Shown here piece by piece: positions 45,538 through 55,451 of a stretch of 61,128 nucleotides of DNA. The notes under the pieces are model-generated. The model saw nothing but the letters and a program-made list of their open reading frames with translations, was not told the origin of the DNA and ran no database searches. The position numbers and the translations under genes are program-made. The first letter of the stretch is position 1. Every line of letters begins with the position of its first letter. Source of the stretch: an archaeon (GTDB lineage Archaea; B1Sed10-29; WALL01); the NCBI GenBank assembly GCA_042584585.1, contig JBHOSQ010000007.1:1-61128 (forward strand). Reading direction: 5' to 3'.

Positions 45538-47277
45538 ATGAAGCGCGGACAGGGCTCTCTTGAGTATTTACTAATACTGGCGGCGATTTTGGCCATTGGC
45601 GTGGTCGTCGTTATTGTGGCGAACAGCATGCTTTCCGCCCCCTCCGGGCAGGTTGGGCTGCAGGAAAGCAAGTACGAATGCGCCATCGCGGGCATTGAAT
45701 TGATTGGGTACCATGCCGTGTACCAGGGCGCGACAACAATCGGGGAGACTGGGCCGAGCGCAATTACGTTCACGGACAGCATGGGCGTGCAGCAGCGGCT
45801 GCAGTACAACAACGGGCTTTTTGTTGACGAGGACCCCTTGGCCTATGGCGATGTCGCGTGCAACATTGGGGAGCACACGCTTTACGTTAACAGGGACAAC
45901 CTCGCGGCTTATTTGTCGGGTGGGTCGTACTTGTCGCTCACGCCGTACAGGCGATTGTCGCCGATGCAAATAACAGTGGTCACCAACGGCGAAATCGACG
46001 GCACGAAGTTGACGCGTGAGGGAACAAAAGCAATCAACGACGCGATTGCTGGCAAGATTGGCACGTTTGACGCCAAAACAATCGAAGACGATTACACTGA
46101 CGAAAGCGGGCTCCTTGAGGAAGAAGAGCTCGGGCTGGACATCGAAGAAGACTTGAAGCCAATGGCCGCGGGCGCTCCGGTTTCCGGCGGGCCGGTGATG
46201 TGCGGCGACACGTTCACTTTGAGCGAGGGGGAGAGCGCGTACTTCCCGGGCTTCAGCATGAAGTTTTGGAGCGTCAATTCCACTTACGTCCCGTCGAGCC
46301 CGTACATAATTTATCTTGAGTACGGTGGAACTAACGACACCCTAAGCGCAGGAGAAGAGGTGCTTGGCGCGCACAGGTTCCATGTGTCCAGTACCAGTCA
46401 CGGGGGAACGACTCCTTCGTCCGCGACCTTCACGGTCACTAGAATTCACCAGGCCGCGAAAGACGTTACTTTCGAACTTGACACGAAGTGCATGCCCGAG
46501 GCAACGGGTATAGTGGACATTGTCCTCACGCGGAGCGGCACTGTTGACACTCCTGGGCAGTCACCAATTGTGAGCTACACTCTCGACGAGACGCCGAAGT
46601 CTACTAAGACTGGGCTGGCGGAATGGACTGATGACTTAGGCTACTCCGTGAAGATTGAGAGCAGCGGCTACGCGGGCACAACCGGGCTAAGCATTGCCGA
46701 GTTCACTGTGATGGACACTAACGCAAACAGCATCGCGCCGGAGTGCGGCGACGAGTTCGCGTTGGTGAACGGCCAGACCGCGCGCATTCTCGCGGGCAGC
46801 ATAAAGCTCTTGAACGTCGCCAAATCTAACACACCCGGAAAGCCGGGAAACGCGACAATCGACTTCGCCGGCACGACCCACACCCTTGATGTTACCGGAA
46901 CAAAACGGATTGGCGCGTATGACGTGACCATAACTGAAGGCGGCTACAGCGGCGTGAGCAAGCATTCGGACGCAACGTTCAAGGCAACGCGGGTGCACTC
47001 GATTGTGCTTGGGGAAACGTTCGAGCTGGACAGCAAGTGCATGATGAAGGCCGAGACCCCTGCGATGAACATGTCGTTCACCAAGGTTGTCAAGACCGGG
47101 GACCCCAAGGCCCCCAATATTGTCGAGTACTTCGTGAACGGCGCGATTCCGCCAATCCACGCGGGCGTCGGCGCCATTAACTCGACGGGCGGGTACGACA
47201 TCGGGGTGATGTCTGCGAGCGCTGACGGGACGACTGGGCTTGCCAAGGCAACGTTTAACGTGACCCTGTCCGTTTAA
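45538..47277 (+). CDS. Class III signal peptide surface protein A: conserved N-module + four ~90-aa beta-rich repeats (ABAB)
   Basis: MKRG/QGSLEYLLILAAILAI; repeats CGDTFTL/CGDEFAL and TFELDTKC/TFELDSKC. Confidence 0.85.
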   Translation: MKRGQGSLEYLLILAAILAIGVVVVIVANSMLSAPSGQVGLQESKYECAIAGIELIGYHAVYQGATTIGETGPSAITFTDSMGVQQRLQYNNGLFVDEDPLAYGDVACNIGEHTLYVNRDNLAAYLSGGSYLSLTPYRRLSPMQITVVTNGEIDGTKLTREGTKAINDAIAGKIGTFDAKTIEDDYTDESGLLEEEELGLDIEEDLKPMAAGAPVSGGPVMCGDTFTLSEGESAYFPGFSMKFWSVNSTYVPSSPYIIYLEYGGTNDTLSAGEEVLGAHRFHVSSTSHGGTTPSSATFTVTRIHQAAKDVTFELDTKCMPEATGIVDIVLTRSGTVDTPGQSPIVSYTLDETPKSTKTGLAEWTDDLGYSVKIESSGYAGTTGLSIAEFTVMDTNANSIAPECGDEFALVNGQTARILAGSIKLLNVAKSNTPGKPGNATIDFAGTTHTLDVTGTKRIGAYDVTITEGGYSGVSKHSDATFKATRVHSIVLGETFELDSKCMMKAETPAMNMSFTKVVKTGDPKAPNIVEYFVNGAIPPIHAGVGAINSTGGYDIGVMSASADGTTGLAKATFNVTLSV

Positions 47278-47331
47278 CGGGGTTATTTTAAATATCTGCA
47301 AAGCAATAGCTATAGCCAAGGTGGTTTTTCT

Positions 47332-50300
47332 ATGAAAAAGGCACAAGGCTCTCTCGAATACTTATTGATTCTCGCGGCAATCCTCGCGATTGGCGTGGTA
47401 GTGATTCTCATCGCGAACACCGTCATTGCTGGCCCAGCGGCACAGACCGGGGTCCAGGAAGGCAAGTACGCGTGCGCGATTGCGGGTTTTGAGCTCGTTG
47501 GCTACAACTCAGTGTACCACGGAGTGGACTCCATCGGGGAGACCGGGCCATCAGCCATAAAGTACACCAGCCCAAGCGGCGTGGAAATGAACCTACCATT
47601 CCCCACAGACCCTTACGTGGTCGAGGGAGAGGAAGAAGGCGGAGAACTTGATATCAATGAATTCGCCGAATACGCGTGTACATTGCCCGGTACCGACGCC
47701 ACAGGTGGGAGAGAGGGATACAAAATTTATGTTAACTACGAGGACCCAGTGGTTTACCTCGAGGGGTCGTGGATAGCGGCCACACCCGGCGGAAGGATTT
47801 CCCGGCTTGAGGTAAGCGCGGCAACGGACGTTAACGGCTTAACCCTATCGAAAAACGACCTCGTTCAAATGGACGCCACCTTAAGAGCCATTGCAGAGAA
47901 AGAGGGAGTAGACACTGGCAAGACCGGCACGGGATTCATGAATTCGTTAACCGAAAAAATCGGTGTCGCCCCGGCAGCAGGTGCGCCGGCAACCATCAAA
48001 ATCGCGGAAGCCAGCAAAGGCATCACCATCGACCAACTAGAGCAATTCGGCGTAGACAAGCCAATCACACTCACGACTGCGGCGGACGGCACGCTTCAGG
48101 GAAGCAAAATCACGGGCATAACCACCCCCAGCGGCATTGGGGACTTTTCTGGAATCACAAGCGTTGTTTACGGCCAAAAGTATAGCGTGGGCGAGTCGTT
48201 CACGTGGAGCGGGGCCAAGGTAACAGTCGAGGCGATTAACCCGGCCAGCTCAAAGAGCAGTGCGTACGTCAGCTTTGACGTCGACTCGACGAGTGGCAGC
48301 ACACAGTACGCCGACGGGTCCTCGTGCGACACCAGTACCGGCGAGGCTTACTGCAAGATTGAGCTGGCCAACGACTGGCTTGCGTACAACTGGGACTGGG
48401 ACAACAGCAACGCAAACTCCATTACATTGGTTTCTGACTTGACGTTCGTGGAAAAGACTGGGCTGCTTGACGCCGAGACCAAGCCCATGAGCGGCGGGGC
48501 AGACGGGTGCTTGCTCACTCCGTTGTTTAAGACCGCGACGTTCACCGCCAGCGGAAACACGTTCAAGATTGACGATGCTGCGTTCATTTCGAACGCTCCC
48601 GCGACCAGTTTTGTGCAGATTGACGGCAAAAAGTATTACTTCACGAACTACCAGGCAGTATCCAACCCGGAAGCGGTTTACAACGGGTTCGTCACGAACC
48701 CGGCGTTCCCAATTCAGGCGATTAAGCAGACGTTTGCGCTGCCGGTGCCGTTGACTGCGAAGACCACTTCGTTGACTGGGCTTGGCACGCTTCCGCTGGA
48801 CGCCAGCACCTTGGGCACCAGCAGCTCTGGGAGCACTGGCACGGACGACGCCAACACCGGGATAACGACTTACGGCGGGAAGACGGGCGCCGTGCAAATA
48901 GACACTGGCTCGGTGATTAGCACCGTCAATGTGGCTGTCGAGATTCACTTGGACTACACTGACGCCGTGTACATCAATGACGGCGCGTGCGGCGGCGGAG
49001 CGTCCGGCACGCCGGCGGCAATGGCTGCGCTGGAGGCGGGAAACTGCTTCAAGCTGGGTGGCAATACGTTCGAAATCTACAGCATATACTTCAAATCCTC
49101 GGACATGCCAAACTACCGTGGGAGCTACATTAAGCTGAAGACGCCAAGCGCGATAACACCCACAATCTACACAATGTCCAATGCAGTGGCAGTCACCAAC
49201 CCAACCAGCACGACGTACACAGGATTCAACAGCGCGGCAAGCGGAGCCGCAGTCACCAAAGACACACTGTCGCTAAGCAGCCCCATCGGCGCAATCACCG
49301 CCGTCACCCACATGACAAACGGCGACTTCATGAGCACGACCACAAACGACGTGGCATACATTGAAGGCGCGACAAAGGTGACGTGCCCTGCAACGCCGCA
49401 GCCGATTGGTGGCACGACTGTGCTGACGCCGGGGCTTGGCAATAATTTCTTGATTAAGGACGGCGAGACTGCGCAGTTCACGAGCATGTCAATAATGCTT
49501 TGGGACGTCGCGCAGGGGACTCCCCCCGCGCCGTTCGTGACGAATGGGATAGCAAACTACAGCATTCCTGTTGGCACAACCAAGACCATTTCCAACCACA
49601 ACGTGACCGTGACGAACGCGTCGGCGACCGGTGGCATTTCACCGGGCTGGGCGTTGATGACGGTCATCAGCTCTTCGATATGCGGCAACGGCGTTATCGA
49701 GGGCTGGGAAGCGTGTGACACCGGCACTTCGAACAGCAACACGACTGCCAACGCGTGCAGGCTGAACTGCGTGAACTACTACTGCGGCGATGGGGTCAAG
49801 GACCCGGCGGGCGGTGAAGAGTGTGACGACGGCGGCCGCGCCAACGGAGACGGTTGCGACCAGTCCTGCAAGGTTGAGGCTGCCACGTCAGTATCACAGC
49901 AGAGGCAGTTTGGGCAAGTGGCTTCCGCGTATCTGGTGTTGAACGCCAGCACGGGTTCGTTTAACGACGGCACGTCGTATCGCCTGTCGGAGACAATCAC
50001 AGTGGGCTCAAATGTTATCTTGAACAACGGGACTACAGGCCCGTACTTCACGAACACGGGGAGTCAGATGATTAAGTACCATCTTGACTTCATCGACAAC
50101 TTGTTGTATTCCAACTGGACGTATTCGTCGAGCAATCCGACTACCATGCTGCTTTTGGGAGAGACTTACACAGTCGGCAACATTACCGTCAACACCCTAA
50201 ATATCAAGAAACAGGGGTGGAGTAACTGGCTCACTCTGGTTGACAATGACTACTTTTCGGCTGCCCACATCTGGAAGGTCAACATACAGCTTTCCGGCAG

Positions 50301-51408
50301 CAGCAATGAGTACATTGACTACATCGACCTCTACCTGAACAAGAACTACGCCACGGCCGACAACGTGAACAAGATAACCGGACCACACAGCTACTTCACG
50401 GTCGAGGGCACATCGGACGCCAAAATCACGCTCACGCTTGGGACGCCAATAGCTCCAACTCCAACCGCGACGCCCACACCGACTCCAACGGCGACGCCTA
50501 CCCCAACGCCTGCGCCACCAGTGTGCGGCAATGGAGTGCTTGAAGGGCTTGAGCAGTGTGACGACGGGAACAACAACAGCAATGACTGGTGCCTCAGCAC
50601 GTGCAAGAACAGCACGTGCGGCGACGGGTTCAGGTGGTACGGGGTCGAGCAGTGCGACAACGGCACTTTGAACAGCAACACTGTCGCGAACAGGTGCAGG
50701 ACTGACTGTACGAACCCCGCCTGCGGCGACGGAGTAGTGGACATTTACGAAGAGTGTGACGATGGCGGCACCGCCAACAACGACGGGTGCAACCAGTACT
50801 GCAAGAAAGAAACCGCGACCCCAACGCCGACAGCGACGCCGACCCCAACTCCATCGGCGACACCAACGCCCATCCCGGCTTTCTGCGGTGACGCAAAAGT
50901 AGAGGGCGCCGAGCAGTGTGACGACGGCAACCTCCAGACCAACGACGACTGCGTGAACTGCAAGTGGGCCGTTTGTGGAGATGGGTTCTTGTTCACCAAC
51001 GGCGGAAGCGAGCAGTGCGAGCCACCGAACACCGCAACGTGCGACCCGGCCTGCAGGACCAAGCCAACCTGCACCAACAAGTGCATCAACGGCGACAAGC
51101 GCTGCACAACCAACGGCCTCGGCGTCGAGACGTGCAAGGACTGGAACAACGACGGGTGCACCGAGTGGCTGGCCACCCAGACGTGCGGCACCGGAAGCTG
51201 TGAAGGCACGTGCCTGTTTGTGTGCATCAATGGCGGAAACAGAATGTGCACCATATCGAGCGGCACAGCCGCGTGCGAGACAGTCGCGTGCGACTGCTGC
51301 GCTGGAGTGCCGATAGTCACGGCCCAGCCCACAGCGATGCCGACGCTGGCGCCAATCGCGCCGACCACACAGCCAATCGCGCCAACGCCGTGGTACCAAT
51401 TCTGGTAA
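47332..51408 (+). CDS. Class III signal peptide surface protein B (1358 aa): N-module, beta domains, S-layer-like segment, DUF4215-type Cys repeats, PT linkers
   Basis: MKKA/QGSLEYLLIL; CGNG/CGDG...E.CDDG repeats; MLLLGETYTV segment; PTPTATP linkers. Confidence 0.85.
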   Translation: MKKAQGSLEYLLILAAILAIGVVVILIANTVIAGPAAQTGVQEGKYACAIAGFELVGYNSVYHGVDSIGETGPSAIKYTSPSGVEMNLPFPTDPYVVEGEEEGGELDINEFAEYACTLPGTDATGGREGYKIYVNYEDPVVYLEGSWIAATPGGRISRLEVSAATDVNGLTLSKNDLVQMDATLRAIAEKEGVDTGKTGTGFMNSLTEKIGVAPAAGAPATIKIAEASKGITIDQLEQFGVDKPITLTTAADGTLQGSKITGITTPSGIGDFSGITSVVYGQKYSVGESFTWSGAKVTVEAINPASSKSSAYVSFDVDSTSGSTQYADGSSCDTSTGEAYCKIELANDWLAYNWDWDNSNANSITLVSDLTFVEKTGLLDAETKPMSGGADGCLLTPLFKTATFTASGNTFKIDDAAFISNAPATSFVQIDGKKYYFTNYQAVSNPEAVYNGFVTNPAFPIQAIKQTFALPVPLTAKTTSLTGLGTLPLDASTLGTSSSGSTGTDDANTGITTYGGKTGAVQIDTGSVISTVNVAVEIHLDYTDAVYINDGACGGGASGTPAAMAALEAGNCFKLGGNTFEIYSIYFKSSDMPNYRGSYIKLKTPSAITPTIYTMSNAVAVTNPTSTTYTGFNSAASGAAVTKDTLSLSSPIGAITAVTHMTNGDFMSTTTNDVAYIEGATKVTCPATPQPIGGTTVLTPGLGNNFLIKDGETAQFTSMSIMLWDVAQGTPPAPFVTNGIANYSIPVGTTKTISNHNVTVTNASATGGISPGWALMTVISSSICGNGVIEGWEACDTGTSNSNTTANACRLNCVNYYCGDGVKDPAGGEECDDGGRANGDGCDQSCKVEAATSVSQQRQFGQVASAYLVLNASTGSFNDGTSYRLSETITVGSNVILNNGTTGPYFTNTGSQMIKYHLDFIDNLLYSNWTYSSSNPTTMLLLGETYTVGNITVNTLNIKKQGWSNWLTLVDNDYFSAAHIWKVNIQLSGSSNEYIDYIDLYLNKNYATADNVNKITGPHSYFTVEGTSDAKITLTLGTPIAPTPTATPTPTPTATPTPTPAPPVCGNGVLEGLEQCDDGNNNSNDWCLSTCKNSTCGDGFRWYGVEQCDNGTLNSNTVANRCRTDCTNPACGDGVVDIYEECDDGGTANNDGCNQYCKKETATPTPTATPTPTPSATPTPIPAFCGDAKVEGAEQCDDGNLQTNDDCVNCKWAVCGDGFLFTNGGSEQCEPPNTATCDPACRTKPTCTNKCINGDKRCTTNGLGVETCKDWNNDGCTEWLATQTCGTGSCEGTCLFVCINGGNRMCTISSGTAACETVACDCCAGVPIVTAQPTAMPTLAPIAPTTQPIAPTPWYQFW

Positions 51409-51467
51409 GGCCCCTCGGCAGGCTTTACCCCCACCCCCTTTTTATTTAGTTTTCCCTAACGAATAGT

Positions 51468-52658
51468 GTGCAGAGCATATGCATTAAGTGCAAGGGGACT
51501 AGGTTTCTCTGCGGCAAGCCCGTGTGCCCACGCGTGGAAAAGGCCAGGGTACTGGGCAAGTACAAGCCAGTCAAAAAAGAGATTAGCGGCGAGTCGCCCA
51601 GCGTGTTCGTGGGAAGGTACGGGTACCCGCGCGTGCAGGCAGGGCCAATGATTTCTCCGTACGGCGAGGCGAGCGATTCTCCAGAGGAGTGGTATGGCAC
51701 TCCACTGACAGAAATCATGGAGATGAGATACCGGCTCGTGCGGACCAAGGAGCCTCTTTCTGTTTTCGCGACGAACCCGTCCCGGGACTTGCAGGAGATG
51801 CAGGACATTTCGATGAGCGTGCGCAGCGTTGACACGGAGGCAAAGTTTTCTCGGGTCAGCGCCATGCCTTCGTTTGACTCGAGCCACGCGCCTTTTGGCC
51901 AAACGGGCGTGCTCGAAAAGTTTCGGACAACGGAAAACGCGAAGATCCCGCGAAAAGTGGACGCCGTTGTCAGCGACGAATTGAAGGCGGCGGACCAAAT
52001 CCAGAAGATGTACGACAAGGACGTCGCCGTCAGTCAATTATCAAGAATCATGTCCGTGGGGTTGTTGGGCATCGAAAAGAAGATGGTGCCGACGCGGTGG
52101 AGCATCACTGCGACGGACGACACGATTGGCAAGCAAATGATTGAGGAAATCAAGGACTATCGGGACTTGGACGAGCACTTGCTGTTCAGCAATACGTATT
52201 TGGGGAATCACTTTGAAGTTCTTCTCGTGCCGGGGAATTGGTGTTTCGAGAACGTGGAGGCGTGGATGCCGGGGAACATTTGGCTGGACAGCACGGCGGA
52301 CCCGGAGTTCGCGAAGGATTGGGAGCCGTACGAGGGAAGGAAGAAGTACGCGGACAGCGTGACGGGGGCGTATTATTCGGCGCGGCTCGGGGTGCTTGAA
52401 TATCTGAAGAAGATTAAGCGCCAGGCGGGCGCGATTGTGTTCAGGGAGATTACGCCGGATTACTGGACGCCGGTCGGTGTGTGGCAGATTCGCGAGAATG
52501 TGCGTGCGGCGATGAAAGAACAGCCCGTGAAGTTCCAGACACTGGCTGAAATGCTTGACGAAGTCGGCCGCAGAAGCACTAGCCGCGTGTGGGAGAAGCA
52601 GAGCGAGTTGCTGCACCGCTTCCGCTCACGAGAGATAATGCGGAAGTACTTGTCCTAA
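51468..52658 (+). CDS. nreA: Nre family DNA repair protein
   Basis: CIKCKG...LCGKPVCP, SPSVFVGRYGYP, VPTRWSITATD, GAYYSARL, PVGVWQIRE. Confidence 0.9.
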   Translation: MQSICIKCKGTRFLCGKPVCPRVEKARVLGKYKPVKKEISGESPSVFVGRYGYPRVQAGPMISPYGEASDSPEEWYGTPLTEIMEMRYRLVRTKEPLSVFATNPSRDLQEMQDISMSVRSVDTEAKFSRVSAMPSFDSSHAPFGQTGVLEKFRTTENAKIPRKVDAVVSDELKAADQIQKMYDKDVAVSQLSRIMSVGLLGIEKKMVPTRWSITATDDTIGKQMIEEIKDYRDLDEHLLFSNTYLGNHFEVLLVPGNWCFENVEAWMPGNIWLDSTADPEFAKDWEPYEGRKKYADSVTGAYYSARLGVLEYLKKIKRQAGAIVFREITPDYWTPVGVWQIRENVRAAMKEQPVKFQTLAEMLDEVGRRSTSRVWEKQSELLHRFRSREIMRKYLS

Positions 52659-53483
52659 TTACTTCTTTTTCGCGCTGTTCATGCGCCGCAAGTGCTCCAT
52701 CGTGGGCTGGTGGAACGCTTCCTTGCCGATTCGCTCGTCCTTAGGGTTGTCGATGAACGCGTAACTCCCCTTTTCGTAGCCCCCCACCTTTATTATCGGC
52801 GTATCCACGTAGCTCGAACCACCGACCGCCAGAAGGGCGTGGTCAAGCCTGTGAGCGCGCTCGAACATGTGATTGAACAAGTTTTTTTCATGGAGCTTCG
52901 AAAGCGTGTTCCTGAAGCCCATCTCGAGCATAGTCCTATCGCGGGAAGTGTCTTTTTGGATTCCCTCGGCGAGCCTCAATAGCCTCTGGTCCAAGACCTC
53001 TTGGACTTCTTTGGTGGAACCGAGTTTGGACAATACGCTGACTCCTTGTTCATGCGCGCCCCGGATATTGTCAACCTTCTCGATTTCCTTCTCGATGTCT
53101 TTGACTTGGATTTTCCTTTCCTGAAGTTCCTGGAACACAACCCGCATCTCGGGCTTGAGCTCTTCCTCATTGACTTCGGGTTCTGAGAGCAAGTCCCTGT
53201 AACTGTAAAGCTTGGCTTTTGATCTATTCAACGCCTCGCCCAACAAGTGGCTAGAGGCGACGCCGGGCTCCACGCTGATGATGTCTTTCATCTCATTAAG
53301 AATTGAATCATGGGCCTCCCACGGCTTTTCGCTGAGCCCTTCACGCACTTTACTCTGTGAGTACACGAGGTCCATAATGTGTGACTTGGCCACAGCATCC
53401 CTAATACCTGCGGCACTGTCAAGCGGTTCCGTGAGGTAAGTCTTCTCCCCCTCTTTTTCAGTGTAAGTCTTTGCTTCAGCCAA
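52659..53483 (-). CDS. Hypothetical coiled-coil protein
   Basis: 274-aa ORF, TTG start with GGTGG SD-like motif and TATA upstream. Confidence 0.65.
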   Translation of the reverse strand: MAEAKTYTEKEGEKTYLTEPLDSAAGIRDAVAKSHIMDLVYSQSKVREGLSEKPWEAHDSILNEMKDIISVEPGVASSHLLGEALNRSKAKLYSYRDLLSEPEVNEEELKPEMRVVFQELQERKIQVKDIEKEIEKVDNIRGAHEQGVSVLSKLGSTKEVQEVLDQRLLRLAEGIQKDTSRDRTMLEMGFRNTLSKLHEKNLFNHMFERAHRLDHALLAVGGSSYVDTPIIKVGGYEKGSYAFIDNPKDERIGKEAFHQPTMEHLRRMNSAKKK

Positions 53484-53590
53484 TCAAACCACCTGAATAA
53501 TTATTGCTATCTCGGTTTAAAAGGGTTTGCCTCGGCAACCCGTAGCTACTGGCTTTTATATGCTGTTTTCGTATAGTTAGTGGGGAGCAG

Positions 53591-55420
53591 ATGTATTTCT
53601 CGCACAAGAAGCCAAGGCCCCACCAGAAAGAAATGGTGGATGATGTGTACAAATGCGTCAGCGAGCGGAAGCACTTGCTCGCACACGCGCCCACGGGGAT
53701 TGGAAAGACCGCGGCCGTGCTGTCGCCAGCGATTACTTATGCATTGGAGGAAAACAAAGCCGTTTTCTTTTTGACGCCGAAAATCAGCCAACACAAAATC
53801 GCTGTCGAAGAAACAAAAGCGCTCGCAGAAAAGAACAAACTGCAGTTCACCGGCGTGGACGTCGTGGGAAGGAAGTACACTTGCGTCGACCCCATTCTTG
53901 AGTCGGCGGAGCACCACAGCTTTTACGAAATTTGTGCGCGGCGGCGGAAACAAGAGACGTGCCAATACCACAACAACGCCAAAGGCAACACGAAGCGGCA
54001 GAAGGACGCCGCGTCACTCGCGCTCCAAAAAGTTCTCGACAACTACGGCGTGATAAAAACCAATGCAGAACTGTCGGCGGAATGCGCCGAGTTCAAGTAC
54101 GCCGGGAAAAAACACCCGCTTTGCTCGTACGAAATTGCTTTGCAGATAGCGAAGCAAAGCAGCGTCATTGTCTGCGACTATTTTCACGTGCTGTACCCGT
54201 ACATCTCGGGAGGTTTCCTCAAGAACGTGAACAAGACGCTGAAGGACTCGATAGTTATTGTGGACGAGGCACAGAACGTCAGCGAAAGGATACGCAGTAT
54301 TCTCAGCCACTCGCTTGCGCCGTTTACATTGAAGCGCGCGATAAAGGAAGCGGATTTGCTGAAGTCGCCATTGAAAAATAAGCTGGAGAAACTGAAGCGG
54401 GACACAGAAGCCTTGGCGAAGAAAGAGGCGCAGGTAATCAAGCAGAATGACCTGCCGACGTGGGACGAGGACGATTTAGAGGAATTGAAGGCGCTGGGGA
54501 CTGATTACTTGGAGACGACGAACAGGATGAAGTCAGCTTGTTTGTCCATTCACGCGTTTTTGTCGATGTGGCCCGTGGAGTCACAGGAGTACTTGAGGAT
54601 GAGCAACTCCCGCGGCGTGCACCACAACTGTATGGACGCGAGTGTGGCGACCAGCGGGATTATCAACGAGGCGCATTCGGTGATTGCGATGAGCGGGACG
54701 CTCACGCCGCTGGAAATGTACAAGGACTTGCTCGGGTTTGACGAGACGAGGACGGAGTTGCGGCAGTACTTGTCGCCGTTCCCGCGGGAAAACAGGATTA
54801 ACATTATCAGTGACGCGGTGACGACGCGGTACGCGAAGCGCAGCGACGAGCAGTACCAAAAGATTGCGGGCGAGGTCACGAAAGTTGTGGACAGCGTTCC
54901 AGGCAACATAGCCGTGTTTTTTCCGTCGTACCGCGTGATGAGAGAAGTGCTGTTTAATTTCAAGCCGAACAAGCCCGTTTTTTCGCAGAAGGAGCGGAGC
55001 ACGCCGACGCAAACGGCGCAGTTGTTGTCGCAGTTCAGGAACAGCAGGCACTTCGGCGCGGTGTTGTGCGCGGTTGCGGGCGGGTCATTGGCCGAGGGGA
55101 TTGACTATCCGGGGAGGGACTTGATGGCCGCAGTGGTGGTTGGGGTGCCGTTGGCGGAGTGGAGCCTGGAAACGCAGGCATTGATTGAGTATTATGAATA
55201 CAAGTTCGGCTCGGGGTGGAATTACGGGTATTTGTATCCCGCGATGAACCGGGCGATCCAGGCCGCGGGAAGGGTTATCCGCAACGAGGACGACCGCGGC
55301 GCCATTGTTTTCCTGGACGAGCGGTTCAAGTGGGCAAATTACGCCAAATGCTTCCCGAACGACATGGATTTGGTGCTTACGAGGGACCCTGCGTATTGCG
55401 TGGGCGAGTTTTTCCAGTAG
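53591..55420 (+). CDS. xpd: XPD/Rad3-like Fe-S DNA helicase
   Basis: APTGIGKT, four Fe-S Cys, DEAQ, SGTL, FFPSY, EGIDY, QAAGRVIR, DERF. Confidence 0.9.
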   Translation: MYFSHKKPRPHQKEMVDDVYKCVSERKHLLAHAPTGIGKTAAVLSPAITYALEENKAVFFLTPKISQHKIAVEETKALAEKNKLQFTGVDVVGRKYTCVDPILESAEHHSFYEICARRRKQETCQYHNNAKGNTKRQKDAASLALQKVLDNYGVIKTNAELSAECAEFKYAGKKHPLCSYEIALQIAKQSSVIVCDYFHVLYPYISGGFLKNVNKTLKDSIVIVDEAQNVSERIRSILSHSLAPFTLKRAIKEADLLKSPLKNKLEKLKRDTEALAKKEAQVIKQNDLPTWDEDDLEELKALGTDYLETTNRMKSACLSIHAFLSMWPVESQEYLRMSNSRGVHHNCMDASVATSGIINEAHSVIAMSGTLTPLEMYKDLLGFDETRTELRQYLSPFPRENRINIISDAVTTRYAKRSDEQYQKIAGEVTKVVDSVPGNIAVFFPSYRVMREVLFNFKPNKPVFSQKERSTPTQTAQLLSQFRNSRHFGAVLCAVAGGSLAEGIDYPGRDLMAAVVVGVPLAEWSLETQALIEYYEYKFGSGWNYGYLYPAMNRAIQAAGRVIRNEDDRGAIVFLDERFKWANYAKCFPNDMDLVLTRDPAYCVGEFFQ

Positions 55421-55451
55421 CAATAAATAAGAATACTCCCTTAATTACTTC

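Noticed and set aside
50449-50880. Short DNA repeats as a mobile or regulatory element
   Set aside because: They encode Pro/Thr linkers inside the surface protein.
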